A stretch of DNA of 64,000 nucleotides, taken from the IMG/VR virus record IMGVR_UViG_3300042307_000844; one strand, written 5' to 3'. The stretch is from a virus (lineage: Duplodnaviria > Caudoviricetes). Shown one piece after another: positions 18,011 to 25,482 of this stretch. The notes under the pieces are model-generated. The model made no database searches and was not told the origin of the DNA. It was given only the letters and a program-made list of their open reading frames with translations. The stretch's first letter is position 1. Each line of letters begins with the position of its first letter. Position numbers and translations under genes: made by a program.

Positions 18011-18331
18011 TTAACCCATCCCATGTAGGGGGGATTTAGCAATCCAATTTTTAAAATCCCCCTCATAGTGCCATGCTCTTTTTGTGGATGCATGGTCTGG
18101 TAATTCATCAATTTTTTCAGTTGAATATGACGAGGGCCATCCATTGGATGGTTTTGATACCCCGTTGATAATACCGAACCCCCCAACATGAAATTCCACA
18201 ACGTCCCCGATTTTATATTTCGGGTCGCCTTTTGGTTGCATTGCACACCATCGAATGTCTGAATAACTCTTACGATGATCCTCCCGTGAGTTATAATCCC
18301 ACTTCTGTAATTCATTCATGTCTTCTTGCAT
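18011..18331 (-). CDS. Hypothetical protein
   Basis: 106-aa ORF; motif 11 nt upstream. Confidence 0.7.
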   Translation of the reverse strand: MQEDMNELQKWDYNSREDHRKSYSDIRWCAMQPKGDPKYKIGDVVEFHVGGFGIINGVSKPSNGWPSSYSTEKIDELPDHASTKRAWHYEGDFKNWIAKSPLHGMG

Positions 18332-18345
18332 GTCCCCAATATAGT

Positions 18346-18534
18346 CTAGTTTTTAAGAACGTAATCCATGATCTCCATCTCGAAAGATTTTCGATCCAAA
18401 ACACTCCCCTCCTTCACATAAATAAAGGATTCTGGATATTCCGCATCCAACCCTGCCCACACCTCAATCACATCGTCCTCCTTCATCAGAAAGGTATAGC
18501 CCCCAATCACAGCTTCGTATTTCTCACTCATCAC
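18346..18534 (-). CDS. Hypothetical protein
   Basis: 62-aa ORF ending KN* at a motif. Confidence 0.7.
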   Translation of the reverse strand: MMSEKYEAVIGGYTFLMKEDDVIEVWAGLDAEYPESFIYVKEGSVLDRKSFEMEIMDYVLKN

Positions 18535-19400
18535 AGTCTATTAATTATTTTTTTCATCACTTGCTTAAATCTATATGTTGCCTTGTTGTTGGGAATATTC
18601 TTCCAGTGTGCGATCAATTCGGCAAACCACTCGGAATGGTTGGTGGAAGAGTAATCGGTGGGTAATCCCAACTTCTTGGCAATTGCCTTTCGATATTTTT
18701 CATTTTCAGCACCTTCCAGATTTTCCCTTTTCCTCTGTTTGATGGATCGGAAGAACCCATCCAACATGTTCTTATATTCTTCCTGAAGGTATTTTGACAT
18801 TTGTCTAGAAACTCTGTTTTCCAAAAAGTGTGCGTATTCGTGGGCATAAATTTTATACTTGTCAGAATACTCCTGATCAATGTAAATCAGACGTTTCCAA
18901 TACACACCAGCCGGATCGTCACCACTTCCCGTAACATTGACACCCTTTGTTCGTGGGTTTTTGCTGCTATCGGTGATGATGAACGTTGGTTTTCTATTGG
19001 GAATAATGTCCTTATAATCGAGAACAATCTTTTTGACCGTGTTTTCAACAGATCGTAGATTCACGGAACCTTCGGTAAAATCGTATGTCGCATAATGGTC
19101 GGTGTAAACCTTGATACCGAAAATATCCAATATAAGGGTCGCGTTCTCGATTTTATTCCTTAGATATAATTCCCTCAGTTCCTTCTCCCGTTCCTTGATC
19201 TTGTAGTCCTTCCATGTCTGGATACGTTCGGGTTCCACCCCAAGCTTCTCCATCTTACGGATTTTTGATACATCCTTTCGGGGTAATTTGGATTTCTCAT
19301 CCTCAACCCATTGCTTGTTGTTTGGTAAGTCCTCAAGTTCCTTTTTGCGAAGGGGGTTGCGCTCACGCCTCTCAAAGAATGTAGAAAACGATTCCATCAT
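18531..19400 (-). CDS. Putative zinc metallopeptidase (HEXXH), candidate internal virion protein
   Basis: YAHEYAHF plus downstream SEWFAE; N-terminus MESFSTFFE. Confidence 0.55.
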   Translation of the reverse strand: MMESFSTFFERRERNPLRKKELEDLPNNKQWVEDEKSKLPRKDVSKIRKMEKLGVEPERIQTWKDYKIKEREKELRELYLRNKIENATLILDIFGIKVYTDHYATYDFTEGSVNLRSVENTVKKIVLDYKDIIPNRKPTFIITDSSKNPRTKGVNVTGSGDDPAGVYWKRLIYIDQEYSDKYKIYAHEYAHFLENRVSRQMSKYLQEEYKNMLDGFFRSIKQRKRENLEGAENEKYRKAIAKKLGLPTDYSSTNHSEWFAELIAHWKNIPNNKATYRFKQVMKKIINRL

Positions 19401-20476
19401 CCTCTGATCGTTTGACCAAGCGTGGAGATATTGGCAACCCCGTTATTCACCATCACTTGTTCCATTCCAAACGTTTCACCACCCAATGCAACTATGTTAA
19501 AACCTTGCTGCCAGTTCATACACGAACCATATGTCGCATCAAGCGAACATAATGCACCACCTTCAAAACCAATTATCTGTCTTTCGGGGCGATTGCCAAC
19601 AGCAGGTATTCTTTTAGCTGAACTCCCAATTCTGTGGGTATGACCATGTAGAATACTTGTATGCCATTTATCAATCTCACCTCTAGCAGACGCACCCCCA
19701 GCCCCACGCACCGTGTTACCGTGTGTCACAATCAATCCATTTAGGTCAACATAATCCACATGCTCCACATGCTCCTGATAATCTCCCATGAACACGTTCT
19801 GGTAACTCAGCTTATCCGTGATATCAGGCAATGATGCAAGTTCCCCCAAACGCTCCGATAAATAGCGTCTCCATCTACCGTCGATGGATTGTCCACTATG
19901 ATTAGATACCGTTTCATAAATCTTAGCACCCCCCGAAACGGCAATCAAATTATCCAAAAATTCGTGGTAAGCAACCCGCTCATCCTGAAGACTCCACTGT
20001 TTCTTAATATCTTTGGGATATCTGGAGATGGCTAACATATCCATTGTATCACCATTCAGAACGATTGTTTTGGGTTTCAGTTCCTCAATGGTATATAGGA
20101 AGATGTTAATAGCCGCTTCATCATGACACCCAAAGTGGAAATCTGATCCTACTACAGCATAATCACTCAGACTTGAAGGAGCTACGGTATATCCACTGTG
20201 GACTTGAATCGGGGCAAGCTGTGAAAGGAACTCCATAATCTCCTCTTCAGATTTCTTAGGTTTCTTGGGCTTATCCCTTTGAAGGTTTTCGTTCACATAA
20301 CCCTGCTTATATTCATCATAAGGAGTTGGGGATTCTTCGTCTTCTCCCTCTTCAGCGAAATGTTTTTGTAGCCACCCCTGAGCAGTCGATTTTGGGACAC
20401 CATATGTGTCATAAATCTTTGAGAAAGTCCATCCTTTCATCACCCGCGCTTCAATCACACTTTGTTTTATTTCCAT
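19397..20476 (-). CDS. Metallophosphoesterase with N-terminal HTH-like domain
   Basis: SDFHFG, NGDTMD, SNHS, THG and HGHTH motifs; N-terminal WTFSKIYDTYGVPKSTAQGW helix-turn-helix. Confidence 0.8.
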   Translation of the reverse strand: MEIKQSVIEARVMKGWTFSKIYDTYGVPKSTAQGWLQKHFAEEGEDEESPTPYDEYKQGYVNENLQRDKPKKPKKSEEEIMEFLSQLAPIQVHSGYTVAPSSLSDYAVVGSDFHFGCHDEAAINIFLYTIEELKPKTIVLNGDTMDMLAISRYPKDIKKQWSLQDERVAYHEFLDNLIAVSGGAKIYETVSNHSGQSIDGRWRRYLSERLGELASLPDITDKLSYQNVFMGDYQEHVEHVDYVDLNGLIVTHGNTVRGAGGASARGEIDKWHTSILHGHTHRIGSSAKRIPAVGNRPERQIIGFEGGALCSLDATYGSCMNWQQGFNIVALGGETFGMEQVMVNNGVANISTLGQTIRG

Positions 20477-20495
20477 AATTTTTGTTTAGTCCTTA

Positions 20496-21464
20496 TTATT
20501 TAGTAGAATATTTCTCTTTATAAAATTCCACCGTCTCTCTCAAAGCATCGGAATGATCCCGCAATTCAAATTGCCTACGGTAATTGAGACTATCCACAGC
20601 ATATCGGAAATCATGTCCTTTTCTGTCTTCCACATATTCAATATCAGCCACCTTACCAAGAATTTCAGAAATGTCAATGATCATCTCCATATTTGTCTTT
20701 TCCACCTTTGATCCAATATTGTAACGATAACCAGCCCTGCCCCCTTCTGCGATTTCCAACAGGGATTTGTTGTGATCCCCAACATGAATCCATTCACGGA
20801 TATTCTCTCCCGTGCCATAGACTGGAATCTTATTACCTTGAACCATATTACGAATCACCGTGGGAATGAACTTCTCATCCGCTTGATGCTTTCCAAAATT
20901 GTTACAGCAATGGGTCGTTAGAATATCCAAACCATACGTTGTAACATAGGAATTGGCGATCAGATCGGCAGATGCCTTGGATGCTGCATATGGGCTACGG
21001 GGATCAAACTTACAAGTTTCGATAAAAGGTGCTTCATACTTTTCCAGATGACCATATACCTCATCTGTGGAAATGTTGATGACTCTAGCTTGGGGTTGAT
21101 ATTGTCTTACCCATTCTAAAAGAGATACCATTCCCATCACGTTGTTTTCAATGAAAGGTGATGGTCCGCTAATGCTGCGATCCACATGGGATTCTGCCGC
21201 AAAGTGGAAAATGTAATCGAATTTATAATCCTGAAAATGAATTTTATCAATATTTCTAATATCATTATTAAGTTCCAAATATGACCAAGTATTCCAATTG
21301 GTGGCTGGTATCTCTGATTTAAGACTCCTACTACCAATACCCCCTTTATCAACATTTATAATTTTCACACCATCGTATTTTTCCAATAACATTTTGATGA
21401 AATTACTTCCTATGAAACCGCCTCCACCAGTAACTAAAACATTCGCATGTGTTAAATTAATCAT
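20496..21464 (-). CDS. rmlB: dTDP-glucose 4,6-dehydratase
   Basis: TGGGGFIGSNF, HFAAESHVDRSI, STDEVYG, YAASK, NNFG..Q..EK and DRKGHDFRYA motifs. Confidence 0.95.
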   Translation of the reverse strand: MINLTHANVLVTGGGGFIGSNFIKMLLEKYDGVKIINVDKGGIGSRSLKSEIPATNWNTWSYLELNNDIRNIDKIHFQDYKFDYIFHFAAESHVDRSISGPSPFIENNVMGMVSLLEWVRQYQPQARVINISTDEVYGHLEKYEAPFIETCKFDPRSPYAASKASADLIANSYVTTYGLDILTTHCCNNFGKHQADEKFIPTVIRNMVQGNKIPVYGTGENIREWIHVGDHNKSLLEIAEGGRAGYRYNIGSKVEKTNMEMIIDISEILGKVADIEYVEDRKGHDFRYAVDSLNYRRQFELRDHSDALRETVEFYKEKYSTK

Positions 21465-21515
21465 AATCAGAAGTAACTTATCATTGCGTTTTAAAAAATC
21501 AAGCTAAATATCACT

Positions 21516-22004
21516 ATGGATTACGATGATGATGACGAATTGGATAATGAGGTGAATGATATTATTTCACAGATCAAGAACCAATCAAAAAATTTCAAAA
21601 AAGAAGAAACGGAAATTCCCGAATTGAATCGGGAGAATCTGGAAGAATTACTACTGCGAACAGCCGCCAAGGTAATCACCCATTCCGTGGAGGTAATGGA
21701 AAAGATGAAAGATGATGTGATTGCCAGTGCCGATTCCAAGATGCTTGAATCTTATTCGGCACACACCAAAGCAACCACATCCGCTTTGGAAACATTATTA
21801 AAATTCAAGAATGCGGAAGACAAGATTAAGGCACAAAAGGAAATCGCTCAAATGAACATTGATTCGAAGATCACCAAGGGAGATGATGACGATGGGACTC
21901 CCAAGCTCACATTCACCAGAAATGATATTCTGAAACTTTTGGAAAAGAAAAAGGATGATGACGATGATGCTCCTCCCGCTGTTCCAGTGACGGTTGACGT
22001 TTAA
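21516..22004 (+). CDS. Hypothetical late protein, possible terminase small subunit (gp16-like)
   Basis: Acidic N-terminus, helical core and C-terminal KLTFTRNDILKLL reminiscent of gp16 tails; late promoter; weak similarity only. Confidence 0.35.
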   Translation: MDYDDDDELDNEVNDIISQIKNQSKNFKKEETEIPELNRENLEELLLRTAAKVITHSVEVMEKMKDDVIASADSKMLESYSAHTKATTSALETLLKFKNAEDKIKAQKEIAQMNIDSKITKGDDDDGTPKLTFTRNDILKLLEKKKDDDDDAPPAVPVTVDV

Positions 22005-22912
22005 ATTCCGAATTGACCTTCAACGGTATTTAATAGGTATTCCTTATTCTTCTCAGGATTCTCCACCTTGAGAATGGTGTCACGGGTATCATAAACATCC
22101 CCATATACATCCAATTTGAACAATTCTTCCTTGTCCCCATCAACAACGGTCTTTTCAATTTCGTATGCAGTTGCCTTGGAATCGTTCTTATCGGAATCGA
22201 ATGGTGTATAGGTCTTGCGATCTCCGAAGATACGATAGTATTCTTCCCCAATCATCTCTTTCACCTTGTCAAACACCTGTTGGCGCACATCCTTCAATTT
22301 GACGCGCCAGAACGAATCCTTGACCACGAAACTTGCGTTTGACTTAGTTACCCACTTTCCGGTTCTCTCCTCGCTGTAGCGATCCTGTGGCTTCTTATCA
22401 GCTATTGGGAGGGTGTTATCATGGATCACAGCCATTTTCATGGATGAACGGAACAATTGTTCCACCTGATCATTGGAATTTGTAATATTTTTTTGAGAAA
22501 ATTCCGGTGTTTTGTTGTAAACGTCCACGGGAACGTCCAGTGCCACAATATCATCGGTGTAGAGGGTTGTATTGTGTCGGGTGGATTGGTTGTTTCCCAA
22601 AACACCCAGAATATCGGGAATCGTTTTAAAATATTTTTTATCTTTTGACAATTCCAATGTTTGAGCAGCAAGAGGGCCATTGAGGAGATGTCTCACATAG
22701 TAATCAATATCCCATGTCTCCAAATCCTTTCCCTCTTCATCCAACTTGTTGATGAATTTCTCCAATTGGTTTAAACCCAATTCATAAATCTTCTTGAACT
22801 CAATCATGAATTCAATCTCTTTCTCGGTGAATTGATCCCCCAGATTTTGGATTTGCTCCAAATCTTCCTTGGAAAAACATAATCCGCGAAGAACATCAAT
22901 ATTCGATCTCAT
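22001..22912 (-). CDS. Hypothetical protein in the baseplate cluster
   Basis: 303-aa ORF co-oriented with baseplate genes. Confidence 0.7.
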   Translation of the reverse strand: MRSNIDVLRGLCFSKEDLEQIQNLGDQFTEKEIEFMIEFKKIYELGLNQLEKFINKLDEEGKDLETWDIDYYVRHLLNGPLAAQTLELSKDKKYFKTIPDILGVLGNNQSTRHNTTLYTDDIVALDVPVDVYNKTPEFSQKNITNSNDQVEQLFRSSMKMAVIHDNTLPIADKKPQDRYSEERTGKWVTKSNASFVVKDSFWRVKLKDVRQQVFDKVKEMIGEEYYRIFGDRKTYTPFDSDKNDSKATAYEIEKTVVDGDKEELFKLDVYGDVYDTRDTILKVENPEKNKEYLLNTVEGQFGI

Positions 22913-22917
22913 ATTTA

Positions 22918-24231
22918 TTACTCAGCGTCAGGGGTTATTTTGGTGTTTGGTCCGCTATAAGTCTTACAGCATGAGAATTCATTCGTGTAACCGTCTCCTA
23001 GAAAAATATGTCTCAATTCGTGAACAAACCATCTACCAAGCAGCTTTTCATCGCTCTTCTGCTTGCCTTCTCCCACCTTGACAATATCAATGAATTTACC
23101 TCCTACTCTGTTGGCGGAACCAAGATTGGCAAAGATAGCTCTCAAATTATAAAATGTCAAGGTATTGATCATTTCAGCTTCCACCATCTTCTCCGAATCC
23201 TCCACGGGATAGGGGGAACGAAAGTGTCGGAATTTCTGTTTTGTATTTTTATTTTTAACGACGAATGGTTTGGGTTCTCCTCCAATCGCCTTGAAAGATT
23301 TTACGAATTTCTTCTCCCATTGCTTTTCAATGTCTTCCAGCTTCTTGATTCTCGTCTTGTGAATACCTAGAATTGGATCATATCCATAGACCACTGTATT
23401 GATAAAGAAATCGTTGTTGATCCCATACATGGGAGTGGAATAACCAATGTTCTTGATACCGTTGTTATACTCACTAACCTCGGCATCAGGAGGGGGGTTG
23501 TTATCGTTGGATGTATCCCCCACATCGGCAAAATCAGACAGGGTGAATGCTTCCATCACCTCATCCTTGTTCTTCTCAAATATTTTGGAGAGCAACCGAA
23601 GCTGATATTTACCCTTTTCCTCATCAAAATGGATGAATCCCTTCACATACATATCCCCATCTTTGGCATAGTAATGTTTCAGAAGATAATTCATCAAATC
23701 CATATATCGGAATGTGAGGGGAGGATGATATGTCAGTGTGAAATCGCCGCTCTGCCATTCATCATTGTCCACCATATCTTCCCCAAGCAGTTCCTTAAAA
23801 ATATCCTTTAGAATATCCCCCGCTTTTCCAGAGCAGATTTTACCATATGGGATAGTATCCATGAATGGTAAAGCATCTTTATGCATCATAGATAACTTCT
23901 TAATGTTCTCGGAACGGACTTCGGGATTTCCAAAATTCTCCTCGGAAAATAAAATAAAATCGTATTTCAATTTATCCTTTGGTTTATCTTCAGGAAAGAT
24001 TTCTATGGAAAACACATCCCTACCATCCCCTCTGAGAAGATACTTATCTTCCACCAGATCATAAGGATTAGCAATTGCCACCGATCCAACCAGAAATGGA
24101 TTGAAAAAATTATCCGTGATCGTCAGACCACGCAGGGCAGACTTTGTGAATTTGACTTCCTGCCCATCAGGATTTTTGAGCTTGAATTCGCAGTCATAAT
24201 TGACATCATTTATTTTATAAATATCTCCCAT
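22918..24231 (-). CDS. Baseplate hub protein (gp27-like)
   Basis: 437 aa; C-terminal GRWFVHELRHIF...YTNEF typical of hub proteins; next to a gp53-like gene. Confidence 0.5.
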   Translation of the reverse strand: MGDIYKINDVNYDCEFKLKNPDGQEVKFTKSALRGLTITDNFFNPFLVGSVAIANPYDLVEDKYLLRGDGRDVFSIEIFPEDKPKDKLKYDFILFSEENFGNPEVRSENIKKLSMMHKDALPFMDTIPYGKICSGKAGDILKDIFKELLGEDMVDNDEWQSGDFTLTYHPPLTFRYMDLMNYLLKHYYAKDGDMYVKGFIHFDEEKGKYQLRLLSKIFEKNKDEVMEAFTLSDFADVGDTSNDNNPPPDAEVSEYNNGIKNIGYSTPMYGINNDFFINTVVYGYDPILGIHKTRIKKLEDIEKQWEKKFVKSFKAIGGEPKPFVVKNKNTKQKFRHFRSPYPVEDSEKMVEAEMINTLTFYNLRAIFANLGSANRVGGKFIDIVKVGEGKQKSDEKLLGRWFVHELRHIFLGDGYTNEFSCCKTYSGPNTKITPDAE

Positions 24232-24629
24232 CAGAAATGCCTCCCCCCAAATATAGTATTCTGGGTGATATCAAGATAAAGCAGGGTTCTCAATTCGGTC
24301 TTGAGAACCTTCAATTGTGTTCCTCCTTCCACCCAGAAAGGGACTCCCGTGAATTTATCCTTATTAAGAAGATATATAATCCACCAAGAGCGAATGTCAC
24401 CATAAACATTGAAAGATACCGTTGTAAGGGGTTGTCGAATCTGGACATTGTGGAACTCAATTACGCTAGAATCCAATTCCGGTATTTCAATCTTCTTGAG
24501 AATGTTATAATACGGGAATTCCTTCCCATTTGTGGAATCGTAATAGACCTTGAATATCCTCTCATAGCTTTTGATATCCAAAGCTGATAAGGAGGGAATC
24601 TGGTTCTGGTATTTTCCGATGTTACTCAT
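24231..24629 (-). CDS. Baseplate wedge protein gp53-like (LysM-like)
   Basis: PLTTVSFNVYGDIRSWWIIYLLN...GGTQLKV. Confidence 0.7.
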   Translation of the reverse strand: MSNIGKYQNQIPSLSALDIKSYERIFKVYYDSTNGKEFPYYNILKKIEIPELDSSVIEFHNVQIRQPLTTVSFNVYGDIRSWWIIYLLNKDKFTGVPFWVEGGTQLKVLKTELRTLLYLDITQNTIFGGRHF

Positions 24630-24631
24630 AT

Positions 24632-25474
24632 TTATTCTTCTTCTGAAATTTTATCCATGAAGTTGGAGACTTCGGTTGTGAGAGAGGTGAATGTCATGGA
24701 GATAAGATACCCCTCTGGTATGAGTTCATTGCCGTGCATTTGTCTAGCTCCTAGAAGCTGCACTGAAAAACTACTACAACTAGCCCATTTTATATATCTA
24801 ATACCGGGAATCCTGATTTCATAAATCCTTGGTGGTTCCATTACAAGACCATTTCTACGAAATGGGCGATTGATTCTTGTAAGCTTGTTGACTAAATTTA
24901 TATTTTTCTGCACACCATCAGCATTGAGTGTATTCGACAAGACAAACGATACCTCCAATCCTGCATCATTTTGGGAATATTGATATAATTTCGGAGTTTC
25001 AACATATGAACCCGGAGCAGTTGACATATTTTTGGTTGCCGTATCTACGAATGAACCTAACGAATCAGCTTTTGCTATATTATCAGCCAATTTACCAAAA
25101 TTTTCTGATACATTATATGTTTTAATTTCTCCAAATAACTTAGCAGCTTCTCCAAACGCGGAATCAACCGATCCCAAGAAAGCTGATTGGAAAGTGTCAC
25201 CATATTCATTACTGAATGAGCGAACGGCATCTCCTAAAAATGGAAATATAAAGGTATCATCTGGATCAGATATGTTTCCATATAATTTATTATAAAATTC
25301 ATCAGGATTTACCGATGTCACAGAGTTGAGGTAACTTTTAATGCGATTTATAGATTCACTAGAATTGATCTTAAATGATTGCACACGAACCCTTGGAGCA
25401 TTGTCTCTCAACACACTACCTCGTGGAATACTCGTCCAATCATAATCTCTAACCACATTAATGGATTTAGCCAT
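24632..25474 (-). CDS. Baseplate/tail-tube cap protein (gp48/gp54-like)
   Basis: Position between tape measure-like and gp53; VSFVL...PPRIYEIRIPG...FTSLT pattern. Confidence 0.45.
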   Translation of the reverse strand: MAKSINVVRDYDWTSIPRGSVLRDNAPRVRVQSFKINSSESINRIKSYLNSVTSVNPDEFYNKLYGNISDPDDTFIFPFLGDAVRSFSNEYGDTFQSAFLGSVDSAFGEAAKLFGEIKTYNVSENFGKLADNIAKADSLGSFVDTATKNMSTAPGSYVETPKLYQYSQNDAGLEVSFVLSNTLNADGVQKNINLVNKLTRINRPFRRNGLVMEPPRIYEIRIPGIRYIKWASCSSFSVQLLGARQMHGNELIPEGYLISMTFTSLTTEVSNFMDKISEEE

Positions 25475-25482
25475 GATATTAC

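Larger units (their letters stand above)
181..18352 (-). promoter_or_regulatory. Dispersed motif TAAAAAC-TAG(A/C)NN, 16 copies, typically 11 nt upstream of ATG (putative early promoter or cassette boundary)
   Basis: Hexamer positions on + coordinates: 195-200, 483-488, 2021-2026, 2473-2478, 4217-4222, 6034-6039, 7589-7594, 10723-10728, 11196-11201, 12941-12946, 13846-13851, 14538-14543, 15884-15889, 17264-17269, 18001-18006, 18343-18348; TAGAAT resembles a sigma70 -10 box. Confidence 0.8.

Noticed and set aside
181-18352. Repeated motif as a CRISPR array or classical integron
   Set aside because: Copies are short, non-palindromic and separated by whole genes of variable length; no cas gene, integrase or attC-like hairpin in the window
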